The notes: generated by a model not told the origin, from the sequence alone. A DNA stretch of 64,000 nt from Basidiobolus meristosporus CBS 931.73 (GCA_002104905.1 MCFE01000156.1:1-64000), one strand, 5' to 3'. Counted from the stretch's first letter, positions 12,141 to 25,022 are shown. Program-made: numbers and translations.

Positions 12141-13295
12141 TTAGTTTTTGAATTATATTATAGGCTTCATACTTGGGTGATTGCAAAATGACTAGTGCAA
12201 ATTAAATATTTATATACATGTTAATCAAAGGCTGCGATTCCTTTCGACAATCAGAAATTCATCAAACTATAACAAATTGCTTCCGAGTTCGAACAGGTTG
12301 GTTACCTGTATATGTGCAGTTTTAGCACTTCCCAGATAATTAGCATTTCCGCAATTCATTCCTTGGCGGATTAGTGGAATGCGATTTGGATTTGGAGTAA
12401 GTTGCCTCAACTTAATTGGCCGAGGCTTACTTCCTCACTGTATATAGATATATATTCATCGTATGACAAAATATGCGAGAATCTGAGAACCCTAAGAGAT
12501 CCAACTTTTCAGGTAAAAATGCAGGGACTTTATCAGATGAGCGTCGCATATCCTAATAATAGACATCTCAAGTATAGGTATCAGCACCTGTATCGGAGTA
12601 TATAAGTAAATAGTATTGGAGAGGTATCAGAGGGTAGTGCACATGTATTAGCACAAATGCACTTTATCATCATGTCTCGATGATACGACGGGTAAAAACA
12701 CAACTCTTCGTAGGCAGTCATACAAACATATCGATCATCCATTACACTGCTTTGATAGTACACCTCGCAACGACACAGTATGCACACCATACTGTACTGC
12801 GGAGTACTTATAAAGGCAAGAATCCCAATGTGCAGCCCCCCCATTCCAACCAGATACCTCCTCTCACGCTCGATTGGGTATCATCTTGGCATTTTGTATG
12901 ATCCAACCGTATCTAACCGTATCATCAGTCCTGCTACCGGCTCGTAAGTCGCCCAAGTCTGGTCAGATTGGAAGAGGCTACCCATGAGATGATAATCTAT
13001 GGAGGATACCCAGTCTCCAAGTATGTGTCTAGCTCGTCGGATATTTTTAACTAGGCGATTCAGAGCCGAAAAATGTTTTTATCCAATTGATTTGCATTAT
13101 CCTTATGAAGGCCCTAAGAAGTACATATATATTTGTTTGTTGTATTATTCTGGATCTCTTATGAAAACAACTCGACGCTATCGGGGAAGATGACGTCACT
13201 GCCATTCCAGTCTTCAATCGGGTTAGGTGAGCGGAATTTTGCTCCAATATATAACGATGCTGGTCTTCCACTTTGTAAAGGACCATTAGGAACCT

Positions 13296-14510
13296 ATGGA
13301 AAAACAAGCGAGAATAACAAAAATCGTCAACGCTCGGGCGATACGTGCTGGCCAAATAATTGTTGGTGAGGATTTCTACGTCCAAGAGGGCAAGTTTGTG
13401 AATCCCAAGAGTGTATATCTAGAGGACCCTTCCCAGCCTGTAGACGTTATCGATGCAAAGAATGCCCTCATGTCTCCTGGATATATTGATGTCCAGGTAA
13501 ATGGTGGACTTGGTATAGATTTCACGAGTGTTAGGAGCAACATCTCCCAAGGGCTTGACAAGGTCGCCAAGTTTCTTCTCAAATGCGGTTGCACTTCGTT
13601 TTGTCCTACAGTTGTCAGTTCTAACTCCGAGTTCTATACTGAAACACTAAGTCAGTATGCCCCTCGTCCAGGAAGCATTCACCACGGCGCCGAGGTTCTT
13701 GGTCTACATCTAGAAGGGCCTTTTATCTCCCCTCAAAGACTTGGTGCTCATGACAAGACCACTGTTCGCCAAGCCCCTAATGGAATAGAGGATTTTAAGC
13801 AGTGCTACAACTTGAATGCAAAGAATACGCAATACATATCGCTGATTACTGTTGCACCGGAGGTTGAAGGTGTGTTGGATACCATCCCACATCTCGTCAA
13901 AGAAAACTTTGTCGTCAGCGTGGGCCACTCCGATGCAACCAACGCCCAGGCGGAGAAGGCCATCGAGAATGGAGCCACCATGGTCACACATATGTTTAAT
14001 GCTATGCGTCCCTTCCACCACAGAGATCCTGGAATCATTGGCCTCTTAGCTGGTGAATCTAAACCGAGACCCTACTATGGGATTATATGTGATGGTGTTC
14101 ATTGCCATCCAAGTGCGGTTAAGCTCGCTCACTACTCTCATCCTAAGGGAGCGGTGCTGGTTTCGGACTGCGCCAGCGTAACTGGATTACCGCCCGGTCA
14201 ATATACCCACGGAACCAACCACATTTTAGTCGACAAAACTGAAGAGCGGGTGTTTGTGGCGGGGACCGAAACGCTAGCCGGCTCCGTCATGACCATCGAC
14301 AAGTGTGTCAAGAACTACCGCCAGTTCACTGGATGCTCCATTGTCGAAGCTATCGAGGCTGCCACTTTGCACCCCGCGCAGGTTTTGAATATTACCGCTG
14401 CAAAAGGTAGCTTAGAGGTAGGTGTAGATGCGGACTTCCTATTTTTGGATGATGAGTTGAACGTCATGCGAGTCTTTGTTGGTGGTGAGGAAGTAGATAT
14501 ACAAGCATAG
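13296..14510 (+). CDS. nagA: N-acetylglucosamine-6-phosphate deacetylase (fungal DAC1/NAG2, AMDHD2 family)
   Basis: 404-aa intronless ORF with PGYIDVQVNG, LGLHLEGPFI, GHSDA, THMFNAM, DGVHCHP, VSDC and TLAGS amidohydrolase motifs. Confidence 0.96.
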   Translation: MEKQARITKIVNARAIRAGQIIVGEDFYVQEGKFVNPKSVYLEDPSQPVDVIDAKNALMSPGYIDVQVNGGLGIDFTSVRSNISQGLDKVAKFLLKCGCTSFCPTVVSSNSEFYTETLSQYAPRPGSIHHGAEVLGLHLEGPFISPQRLGAHDKTTVRQAPNGIEDFKQCYNLNAKNTQYISLITVAPEVEGVLDTIPHLVKENFVVSVGHSDATNAQAEKAIENGATMVTHMFNAMRPFHHRDPGIIGLLAGESKPRPYYGIICDGVHCHPSAVKLAHYSHPKGAVLVSDCASVTGLPPGQYTHGTNHILVDKTEERVFVAGTETLAGSVMTIDKCVKNYRQFTGCSIVEAIEAATLHPAQVLNITAAKGSLEVGVDADFLFLDDELNVMRVFVGGEEVDIQA

Positions 14511-14639
14511 ACACTTCATCTACTGCTCCAATATAGTGCACACATCCCAGACATAATAAAGAAGCCTCTCCATCCTTAGTGCCATGAAGTGGTCATTAAT
14601 TGCTGGTGTGCGAGGAGCTAGTCTTCCTAATTCGCTAAG

Positions 14640-16500
14640 CAATGCACCATTGCGCTAGTTGCACTAGATTAGGAGTAGATCGTACCATAGCATCTTGTGC
14701 ACTTTTAGCCCGGCGGAAAGATCGGCAAATAGCAACTGGCAGGTGGGACCTGCGTTTGCGTTCCTATAGAACGGCCGAAGATCTCCGACGTATCGGCGGG
14801 CTTCCTGATGAGTGAAGGGCCTACGAGTTTGAGACTGGTTGCTTGCTGAGGGCATCCAGGGGAACGATACTACGATCTATGTATACGAAATTAGATTCAT
14901 CTACCTGCAGAACCATGAGGAGCATGTTTCACAAACCCCTGATGATGCAGAGACTGGTGGATGTATGTGATATTGGACATCCACCGATACACAGCGTTCG
15001 AAGGATCAGATGAGCCCCAGGATAATCACCCAGAGGATGGACTTGGGACAAATGCAACGAATGGCAGCATGAGCAAGGTTTGTTTTTGCTGATATCGACA
15101 TCGGCCTTGCATAGCGGCCCACATGCAAGAAACACACGATAACTGAAGCTTCTGTAACGGCTCCTAACGCTCTCCAGCCCAGAACACCCCGCTGCTTCAA
15201 GCAAACCCTGATGGAATAGATTAAATGCAACCAGACACCGAGGATGTTTAAAGAGCCGGTAGTAACGTGCTTTGATATATCTGCGGCTTTCCTAGCTGTC
15301 GGGGAGATATATTCTCCTCGCTCCTTCCCCTACCTTGCTGGAAATCGCTCGAGGTCGCATTGAGTGTAAGACACACATCGCTGGCGTTCACAATGCTCAG
15401 AGCATCGAGCCAGAGCCGGTGGCCCCGTAGAACACTCTATGCATGACTTTCCCTTCCTGTTCCGGGTTTATGGCTGGAGCCATCTTCAGGCCGGCAGCTT
15501 GGCGGTCTGCAACGCAGTCTGGAAACATCGGAAAAACCTGATGTCCCATGCACCCCTGGGTTCAAATCGCCCTTAGCATGGCGGCAATTTCGATTGCATC
15601 AATCTCGCACATAGACCCTACGCGTCATGATCTCCTGTTATAACATTTGTTTCGTTCAGCTTGTTGAGCCTTAGGCAGACCGTTTTAGAGCATGCAAGTA
15701 CTAACACTAATACTACTTACTCGGCGAATCCACGACTGGTTTGGCAGATGTTGACCTATGCACATAGATTGACGCGGCCTTCATCAGCCCGGGTCATCTG
15801 ATTTACTGCAACCCAATATCGGTGGTACGGAGAGCACTTCCCGTCACTCTTGTCTGGACATCAATGCAGCATCTGGATTCGTGGTGTGAGTAGCATTGAT
15901 CTCGGATAATTCAGATTATCCATGATGTTTGATACGCTCCTCCACGGCCTGAACAATCCGGTCCAAATGCACTTGCATTCTATAATGCCATCGCCCAGTG
16001 TCGATTATCCGCTCCCCCCAGTGTACGACATGATTGGCTGGCTCCTGTTCAGAGCGATGTGGAAAAAAGCGCGCTTTGCGAGACTCATATTTGTGAGACA
16101 TCCCGGCCTCTGCATCCAATAACCTGTTTGGGCAATCATCGCTTTTATGTCCCTAGGTTACAAGTGATTTGGGGGAGATATCATCGTATTAATTACTCGG
16201 ACAATCATGAAATCAACCTGTCCTTAGGTTTTCTTCACTCTCCTGGATCAAACCTGATTGAAGAGGCCTATTTGGGAAAGGATATTGTCAGCCGTATCAA
16301 CTCTTTCCAAGAAAAAGGATACTCCTTCAGCTCATCACCTGCCGATTACTTGAGAAGGGAAACCCACTACAGGCCTTTTGCATGCAATTCCTAGGCCTCT
16401 GACAGCATTTGATCGATATCTGATCAAGAATTGGATGAGCCTTTTCTTTTCCCTGGCACAACTGACCTCCCCGAACTGCTTGAGGAGAATCTGACCTTGG
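14640..16500 (-). pseudogene. Old fossil of a probable DIRS-type (tyrosine-recombinase) retrotransposon, RT-RH-MT region
   Basis: Ordered motif-like remnants in stop-riddled frames: VRGGQL (~16470), IKAMIAQTGYWM and LAKRAFFHI (~16150-16055), GLFRPW..SNIMD, KTNLAHAAIR (~15070), LDAL and SPP..AVL (~14850-14760); recognised by eye only. Confidence 0.4.
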
Positions 16501-16935
16501 GAATAATCCTTTCAAACCTCGATTGCATAACTCCTTAGCAATTGCAGTTTTTCCCTCGTTGTATTTTTGTGGTCAATTAACCCAGCGGCATCCCCTTGTA
16601 CAGCATCTTGTCATTTCTCTGCCCAGTTTCTACGGAGAACAAGTAGTAGTGAATAGACACTCACGCTTCGTATATTTCCATTTTAAAGCAAGCCAGCGGA
16701 CAACTTCACTTCCATAGGGCTGGTGTAGGTTTGCTGTATCATATTTTTGGAGACTCCGTTTTCGTTTACTGTGGTTGTTTCTAGTCTCCAACAAAACCAG
16801 TCAAAGAAGAGGTAAAAAAGCCCCTCTTGCCAAAACCCTTGTTGAGTGCCTTCATTACTCCACACGAGAACAATATAGAGTTTTTTGAGTACTTGTGGTT
16901 CCCCTATTTAGACTCGTTCATTTTAATCGTACAAT

Positions 16936-17682
16936 ATGGAGCTCAACGACTGGCTATTTACCCAAGAAGACCTGGCGCACTCCCCTACCATATGTGATGG
17001 ATTAAGCTGGGAGAAAGAGCAGCGGTTGAGACAAAAAGGAATAGACTTCATTGTCAAAATCGGGCAATCGCTGCAACTATTTCCCACCACAACATACATA
17101 GCTGGGTTATATTTTCATCGGTTCTACACGCGACAAAGCTTCCGGACGTATCATCACTATGATCTGGCTGGAGCCTGCTTGTATGTAGCAATCAAAGCAG
17201 AAGAGGATTTCAGAGAACACTGTCCGGAGGAGATAGCGAAACAAACTTGTCGATTATTTCAGGAATGTACCATGGTATCACTCAAAACAAGGGAACATCC
17301 GAAAAACGATAGTTTAGACCAAGATGTAATACGTTGGCAGGAGACAATTTATTATCACGAAGAAATCCTTTTAGAAACCCTATGTTTTGATTTACACCTA
17401 GATTTACCCTACAAATATCTCTTTGAGGCCTTGAAACGATGCGGCGCTTCACAAAAGCATACGCTCTTGGCTACTAGGATTGCGAGCGACTTCATACGTA
17501 CGCCGCTCTGCTTACTCTATTCATCCAAGGTCCTAGCCGGGGTCGCTATATCGCAAAGCTGCCAGCTGCTCCAAAATCCGTTGATCGACCAACAAACGCT
17601 GAAGCCTTGGCGAGAGGTACTTGGTCTAGAGCCAACGCTAATCAAAGAAGCCACTGAGACGTCTAATCAAGTCACCTTGTGA
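16936..17682 (+). CDS. Transcriptional cyclin (cyclin K/T, Pch1/Ctk2/Bur2-like)
   Basis: 248 aa; W.FT..DL..SPT..DG, E...R.KG..FI, A..YFHRFY, AGACLYVAIKAEE, EEILLETLCFDL..DLPY. Confidence 0.9.
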   Translation: MELNDWLFTQEDLAHSPTICDGLSWEKEQRLRQKGIDFIVKIGQSLQLFPTTTYIAGLYFHRFYTRQSFRTYHHYDLAGACLYVAIKAEEDFREHCPEEIAKQTCRLFQECTMVSLKTREHPKNDSLDQDVIRWQETIYYHEEILLETLCFDLHLDLPYKYLFEALKRCGASQKHTLLATRIASDFIRTPLCLLYSSKVLAGVAISQSCQLLQNPLIDQQTLKPWREVLGLEPTLIKEATETSNQVTL

Positions 17683-17691
17683 AACCCTTGG

Positions 17692-17717
17692 TATATATAT
17701 ATATATATATATATATA
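17692..17717. repeat. (TA)13 microsatellite
   Basis: Direct reading, 10 bp after the cyclin stop codon. Confidence 0.95.
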
Positions 17718-19099
17718 CATTTCTTTTTGAGCAGATGAAATAGTCTCCACAGGCCATAAGAATCAATCCAGACCCAACACAACTCCCACATACGAATTTT
17801 CTATGCCAGCCCCTCTGCCATAGTCATATTTTGTTGATTCCCTGCCACCACCAGCCTCTGGGATCCAGTGGCGAAGGCAAAAAATTCAATCATTTCCTGG
17901 GAATACGAATCACTCTCCCTAGCGTGTAACCTCCGTTCCTTCTTGTTGAAGTTTACACCGAGGAGCGACGTTTTTGCATGTAACATGAACGTAATTCTAC
18001 ATTTACCACGGCAAATGCATCCCTCGTTTGCAGATATTAATATATATATATGTATATATAAACGCATATGTGTACCTATACGCAATGGACTCTTTATACA
18101 ATGCATCCATGTAGTTCTGAAACGCTGCTAAGTTCTGATCAATCTCCAGATAACAAATGAGCCTCACCACATCAGCCAATCACCTGAAAATGAGCCAGTT
18201 TCTCGGACGAATGCTGGTACGATCTCAAACATCATCTAAAATCATGCAAATCAGCGCTGGCCCGTCATTGGCCGGATTAATTCCTGAGGTTGACCCGCGA
18301 GGACCAACGGTGCCCCTGAGTGATCCCGTGTTTAAGCCTACTCAATGAGAAACGAGGCCTAATTGGAGGCTTTGGAAGGCTTGCGTTTCTCTCTCGCCCT
18401 TCCACCAAGGTGTCTTGCAGCCCTTGGGTCCCATCAAACCTATGTCATTGTGTTTGACGCTGGAAGCATTAGCAGTGGTTGGTTTGGCTCTGGTGGTACA
18501 TTGAATACTGCCTAATATCGTTTTTGATATGAGGGCAATTTCTGGGGGCTAAGTGGGATTGGTGTAGCGGTGATCGATAGGCTGGCATAGCCGCTCGCTT
18601 ACCCATATCTGTTCGACTCATTACAGCCAGGCTGTGAAGTCCCATCACCCCCCCCCCCCAAATACTGCTAACTGGATCGATGAATTCATACCTACGTCAG
18701 GAAGCTTCAAGTCTAGACAAATCGCTCGATCGATCGAGCTGGATGCGGATGAAATCTCCGATGTCGAGACACAGTTACTATATACAAAATCGATCAGAAG
18801 TAATCCCCATTTTTGAGTTGACAAAGGCGAGACCCGAATCTCACTTCCCAGCAATTTGCCCCCAACCTCGCGGCCAAGAGCGACTACTACCGCGGCGAAG
18901 GGATCGATTATCACACATGATCTCGTGGGGATGATTGGGAAGCGAAAGGAACGGTGTGGATTGGTGCGAGGATGAATCATTTATTTACAATTATTTCGTA
19001 TCGATATGTCCAGAGATTAGTTTTGGCAAGTAGTAAAAGCGCTAGCAGCATTAGTGTATATTTGGTTGCCGGAGTGGATGGTATGTACAGATGATGGGT

Positions 19100-19243
19100 C
19101 TAGCATTCCTGGGCCTGCTTGAGCATAAGGTGCAGAACGATGTAGCGGTAGCGTAGGGCTAGTTCTTGGTGGTAGAGGACGCATTCATCATTGGAGGACG
19201 AGTTGTTGGGGAGGCTCTCAACAGGGCGGGTTGATTGCGACAT
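19100..19243 (-). CDS. Small protein 1 of the YHQ-RYRYI family (47 aa, MSQSTRPVES...YHQELALRYRYIVLHLMLKQAQEC)
   Basis: Motif shared with 26919-27095 and 27772-27960, with synonymous codon differences; TATATAAG on the minus strand at 19377-19384. Confidence 0.65.
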   Translation of the reverse strand: MSQSTRPVESLPNNSSSNDECVLYHQELALRYRYIVLHLMLKQAQEC

Positions 19244-19949
19244 GACTGCCAGTTGTTTGAATACTGTCGAGATATGGTAAGGTAGTGTAAGGCAAAGATG
19301 GCAAGGATGGTAACGCTTGTGTTTGTGCCACGAGTGTCTATTGTGTAGGTTGTCCACCAGTTGGCCAAGCGCCCTGCTTATATATGCCCACAAGTCTCCA
19401 TGGAATCCTTCGATTACTGAGAAATCTGGGTCGCAGATGACATCATAAAAGAAATTCCTAAGTGCATTCAGACCCGATTGGTGTAACGGAATTTTGTGTT
19501 GGCCCATCCTGAAACCCAAATCGGATCCCACTCAATCGATTTGGTCAGGGCTATACCAATTTCCCAAATCCCCTCAACTACCCAACTTTCCAGAGGCTTC
19601 AAAACATCTTAAGGTTCAATGGGATTGCCATATTGATCTAGACGAGTCAACCCAATGGATTTCATTCAATCAGCATGAGACTTGTCCTGCCACATTTAAT
19701 CAAACCCACTGCCATTCCTTAGGATGGGCCGATTTTTAGGATGCTGGATATGTATTAATAACATGCGCTTCCGCATCAGAGACATGACATCATAGCGAGG
19801 TGAATCTAGCCTAGTTAGGAGGGAGACCAGTTTGCAAACTGCCTAGACCACTGCTCGTCGTCCGGATAAGGTTAGGCTTACCACATCTGAGTATCATGCG
19901 GTTTCTAAGATTTGACGGTTTTTTCTTAATAAAGGCAAGAAGAATAGCT

Positions 19950-20450
19950 CGTCCAAGCTGGCGCATCGAGTGGGCTGACGATGATCTCGCTCACATGTTC
20001 AAATTCCACAGGAAGGGAATCATTGGAAACGATTCAAATTCCGGCCCTCGTTCCATTAGGTTCTTTTGGGCTCCAAAGGGTTGCGAGCTGAGGAGATGCC
20101 GTTTCCAAGCTTGGGATGATCTTGACGTAAAGCTGAAAAGAACCGCGACTTGATTGGGGATATGGCTGAGTTGGCTGCAGGTTGTGTGAGCACGGTCAGT
20201 CACTTGTGGAGTGGCAGGGTAACCAGAGCCCATCACTTCAACTGTGGTAATAGGCGCTCAGTACGTGTCATTCCAAACACTAGGATTCGGTCTGAGTGAT
20301 GATCCGCCCATTATTCGAATTCTTAGCTGTTGTTCTAGCGTATGCGGATCTGGACTCTTGGTGACCCGCCCAATTTTTCCGACCGTTCTATGGGACTTGC
20401 TGATTAGGAATGGTAACTCACGAAACATCGTGGTGGGCTTTGGGTCAATG
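19950..20450 (-). pseudogene. Old Ty3/Gypsy integrase-like fossil
   Basis: FGAQKNLMERGPEFES resembles the FG.P..I.SD.G.EF.S integrase core; preceded by LRPNPSVW; weak, by-eye match. Confidence 0.35.
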
Positions 20451-21700
20451 CTTTCCGTATTTGTCAAGTTGCTAAAACGTAAGATGGTTGATTGATGTGG
20501 TAATCTGTTCGTGTTTTGGTGAGCTGTGAAGACTGGATCATGATCATCCAGCATGCGATCCTTCCATGATCCTGTGGCCGGTCGATTTTACCCCGGATGA
20601 TTCTTCCATAAACCGCGATTTCTCCGAGGACGAAGGGTTGAAAATGTGCTGAATCACTCTTCGAGATTCTTGAATGGACTCCATTAGTGTCTGGCGATGA
20701 TGCAAGGGGGTCCTACCCGCTGCAATGAGGTGACATATCCGCAAGTCTGATGTGTGCAGATGAGGTGAAACGGGTGCACCTATATGGGAGCCGAGGGCCA
20801 TCAATGTGCTGTAGCATCGTTCACGACAAGACAGCAAAATGGCCAGGTATGCTCGACATGGTGTTATGCACAGTTAAAGATGCGTAGATTTGTCACATGA
20901 GGTACCCTGGATGATCCCCAAGTAATGTAGTGGGGATCTCCGGGAATCCATTTCGTAGTCCCCCATTTGCTCCGTCGACGTGCAGTATTGCTCCAGAAAA
21001 GAGATCAATCCTTTTCCCATCCCACCCTCTCCCCCTTTGCCACTCAGCTAACCCCAACTCTAACCCTATCCCATCCCCGACTCTGACCCCAAGCTAATTG
21101 TGACCACTTTGGAACGCACATGAGTACGAGCCAGTTGGCATCATCTTGCACAAATAACTGATATCATGCTGTTGCGCCATGCGAAACCGCTCGATTCGAT
21201 TCGCTACGGACTGCGAGAATCCCTGTACTGCTTAGCACACCAAAGCATATGCGACAGCCCATCCTGCAATACGAGTCCTGGTCGACTAAACAGCGGGGAC
21301 AATTCGCTTCTGCCTAATCACCAGTTCCCCTGGGGTGTGGAACCTTGCATATGGAATGATCTATGTGAAGTTTCCGATTGATGGGGAGATTCCACCCGAT
21401 TACCAAGCGATCGTATAGCAGCTGTCGCAGGATACTCCTCGGCGGAAGTTTCGTCCAGACGATCGTTGCGGTGGATAAGCATTAGAAAGGGTTCACAGTT
21501 CTGATTTGTGGAAGGGGGGTTCCAATTTATTTTCCATCATATCTCAATTTCAAAGAACAAAATTCATCGTTGGCCGAAAAAATGGTCGTCCATCCCCCCC
21601 TGAAACTCCTGGCACTTGGAGAATCCTCGGGGATTTCAATGTAAGATTGAAGCGTTATTGAAAGTGGGGGGGGGGTGGGCCTGCTTGGTTAGGGTGGTTA

Positions 21701-22990
21701 TTACTCCTTATCCGGCCAGTCGCAGATGATGCTATCGCCGTGGGCCTTGCAAATGGTTCCATCCCCACAGGATGCTTCAGTCCACTTGCCGTGGACACAC
21801 CACTGGAACTTCTGTTGATTCTTGCCGATACACTTGTAGGATCCTTCCTGGCATTTGCCGGAGTTAGTAGGGGTAGAGGCGGGGGCAGTGGAGGTATCCT
21901 TGCTCTTCGTGGTGAGTTTGGAGGAGTGTGTTTGGGATTGGCTGGTGTGGTCGGGTTTCGAGGTGGATCCACTGGCGGTGGTGGTCTTGGTGGCGGAAAC
22001 AGTGTCTTTGGTTACGGAGGTGGAAGTTACTTTGGCAGTAGTGGTGGACACATCGGTGCTGGTTTCGACGGTGGTGGACGCCTCGACAGTGGACGAGGTT
22101 TCGGTGGAGGTCACCGTTTCTGTGACGGTAAGGGTCTCGGAATCAGTGGGTTCCACGGTCTCGCTTCCAGTAACTGAAGCAGTAGGGACAACGGCAGTCT
22201 CGGTGGCGGCACCAGTACTGGTAGGGGTGGCTGATTCTGTAGGCTCTCCGGTAGGCTCTGTAGTGGCAGTCGCGGTTGAATCAGATTGGATCACGGTTTC
22301 GGTGATGGTCAAAATATCCGAGTCGGCAGGGGGGTTTGTTGCACTTGGATCTGTCGAGGTTACCGACACATATACAGTGGAGTCAGCAGCAGTGGACTCA
22401 GGTGGCACCGTCTCAGTTGCTGATGGATCTGTGGGTGAGGGATCAACAACTGGGACTGAAGGGTCGGCGGTGGGGGTCTGGGTCGCGGAGGGATCGGTGG
22501 AATCGGTGGGAGCGGAGCTAGTAGAAGTTAAAATTACAGTGGAATCAGCAGAGGAGTTATTGTCAGTAGGGGAGGGCGTTTCGGGAGGAGGTACAATTGG
22601 AGTAGCGGAAGGGTCGCTGGGGGATGCGGTTTCAGTGGCGGTAACAGATTCGGTGGCGGTGGCAGTCTCAGTGGATGTAGCAGTGTCAGAGCTGACAGTG
22701 GATACCGTCTCAGTAGATATGATAGTGTCAGTGGGAGGAGTTGCAGAGCTGGTTTCGGTGGCGGTTACAGTTACATATACCGTACTGTCCACAGTATCAG
22801 TTGGCTCATCAGTGGTAGTAGGATCATCTGGCATGGTGATAACGCTTGTATAGGTTGCATCCGCAGGCTGGCTAGATTCAGTTGGCTCATCTGGTAAGGT
22901 AACCACGCTAGTGTAAGTGACATCCTGGGAAACGGCTTGCTGGGAATAGTAGGCCAAAAGAGCCAACAGGGTAGTGAACTGCACCTTCAT
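21701..22990 (-). CDS. Secreted Ser/Thr/Pro-rich mucin-like protein with a C-terminal CBM19-like (chitin-binding) domain, 429 aa
   Basis: Signal peptide MKVQFTTLLALLAYYSQQAVS; long S/T/P tract; C-terminal CQEGSYKC...FQWCVHGKW..ASCGDGTIC...ICDWP. Confidence 0.85.
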   Translation of the reverse strand: MKVQFTTLLALLAYYSQQAVSQDVTYTSVVTLPDEPTESSQPADATYTSVITMPDDPTTTDEPTDTVDSTVYVTVTATETSSATPPTDTIISTETVSTVSSDTATSTETATATESVTATETASPSDPSATPIVPPPETPSPTDNNSSADSTVILTSTSSAPTDSTDPSATQTPTADPSVPVVDPSPTDPSATETVPPESTAADSTVYVSVTSTDPSATNPPADSDILTITETVIQSDSTATATTEPTGEPTESATPTSTGAATETAVVPTASVTGSETVEPTDSETLTVTETVTSTETSSTVEASTTVETSTDVSTTTAKVTSTSVTKDTVSATKTTTASGSTSKPDHTSQSQTHSSKLTTKSKDTSTAPASTPTNSGKCQEGSYKCIGKNQQKFQWCVHGKWTEASCGDGTICKAHGDSIICDWPDKE

Positions 22991-25022
22991 GATGATTTTT
23001 CTGAGATTGTTGAATATGTTTGTTAGACGGAATCGAGCTGTTTTATTTATATGAGAAGAAGTAACGCCAAACTCCAAGGTTTGGTGCTCACATCAGCGAC
23101 TGCTACATGACATAATGAATATTTAGAGATTCCCATATTCACTCCGCCGATAGTGTAATCTCCTAAAGAAATACCCAACACTATGATGATACTCTCTTCA
23201 CCATGATGTTAGAGGCGGGTGACTCGATGATGGCTTGGCTATTGGAATACCGCCACCTTACATCAATGCCATTATGTCAGCATGGTTGTAATTCTACAGG
23301 CCATCCAATGAGCAACCGAGCTAAAAATAGAGTAGTTGCTATGGACGGGTGCTATGCCGAGCCGAAAAGTAATAGTGAGCAGAAATCCCCAGGTATGTCA
23401 TTATGTGTGTGTAAGCACTCAGGCTATCTATACGGGAGAATTCCAGCCACCTAGCCGTAGGGAATGGGCCAGGAAAGCAGCTGTATTTCTGAAGGTCTTC
23501 AATAATCTACAATCGCTACCGCCTTCTGATGAGAATGAAATTCTGGGTACATCGTTCTCGTTTACCCATGCAGAGAACGCAGAGTGTATAGTTGGTTTCC
23601 ATTTTCGAAGACCCCTCTAAACATGGTAAAGAGCTGATGTGATAGCGCAATTAATGAATGAGACCTGGTGGGACGGTGATTACACCATGACCCAATATGG
23701 GAGTGACCATGGATATGTATGAACCAATCGGGCCGGCTTCAGATCGACCTTGGAAGAGGAGATTGGCGGAGAGGGGACGGATCACATATTAAGGAAAGTG
23801 GTAACATTATCATATATTGAAATTATATTAAAACCATCGTAACGGCAGGTGGCCACTTGATTTGCCAACGATTATCGTGGGTCTCTGGAGCATGGTAAGG
23901 AAGCAATCGTTGGTCTGCTATTCCCACATCTTGTCGATCGATGTCATCCTAGTACATTGTACCCACGCAACCAAGAAACTAGAGAAGTGCACCACCTCAC
24001 GACTTTCATTGGGCTTTCCCTATACGTAAGTCCATACAGACGACAGCATTGCAATGTCGGTGGGTTCCAAAGGGCATGCCACTCCGCATACATAGCAATA
24101 ATCACCTGTGTAATGTTTCGGATGAAAAAAATCTAGACTCTACTGTAGCTGTATTGTCACCAACTCTAGGCCATGACGCTCTCTTGTAATAAAAAGAATC
24201 GTGCATAGTCATACGGCATTTCCGAACGTCCATAAAAGTCCAAGGCCAGGAAGTCGTGCTTCTACCATACCAGCCATCCCTTTTGCTCCCTCACCCTAGA
24301 CCATACTCCATTGCGATTCAGATGGAACCCTCCTTATGATAGCATATACGGCCAGTCTGAGGCACCGCTCGATACCGGAGGAGGGCGTGCCTTCGTTCTC
24401 TAGAAATATTATGAGCATTGGATGGCCGTGGGGTTACACGCATTTTCTAGTGACAAACATGGAAGCCATCGCCAAACTGTAGCTCCAACAAGATTTATTG
24501 TTTAGCAAGAGAGGGTGGGGAACTTGTGGCAATTCCAACTGCAGCATCTACCCCATACTGCCGCTCATGTGTGCTTGGCAGGTCTATGTGGCACAATTGG
24601 AAAATTGGCTCAAGAGGGTGTTGACTGAATAAAGCCATCATGCACATGTCGCTAATTGAATATAGTCCATGCGTAGGTCTGGATGATGAATAGCCAGGAT
24701 TAACTGACACTCAACCAGCTTTGAACTTAATTCGTGTAACTCGAGGTGTAGAGTTGACGTTGAATCTGGATGATTATCTGATGGAACGTCGCGTACTCTG
24801 TTCCTCCCCAAAAAAGTTAAATTAAGCAATTTCATGCTGCACAAGAAAGCCATGACTTGGTAGTAGTTCAGGCTGATGGGTACATATACCGCTCTTGCGC
24901 GCTGATGCCTCCCTTTTATTTGATCTTTGCCATCGCTCCAGTAGGTACACTCGTTGGAGGCATCCCTGGCTCCCCTACTTTCTGTCTCGCGTGAATACCC
25001 GAGGAGGAACATCCGTTGAAAT

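Noticed and set aside
12581-12844. Cys-rich 87-aa minus-strand ORF
   Set aside because: No clear signal peptide, family motif or homolog in the window
15558-15572. GGGTTCAAATCGCCC, a tRNA T-arm-like string
   Set aside because: T-stem pairing fails and there is no cloverleaf around it
18469-18588. 39-aa minus-strand ORF containing MYHQSQ as a fourth family member
   Set aside because: Lacks RYRYI and the hydrophobic tail; YHQ alone is expected by chance
21740-22853. Long plus-strand ORFs (145 and 332 aa; Gly- and Val-rich)
   Set aside because: Antisense shadows of the Ser/Thr/Pro codons of the mucin-like gene
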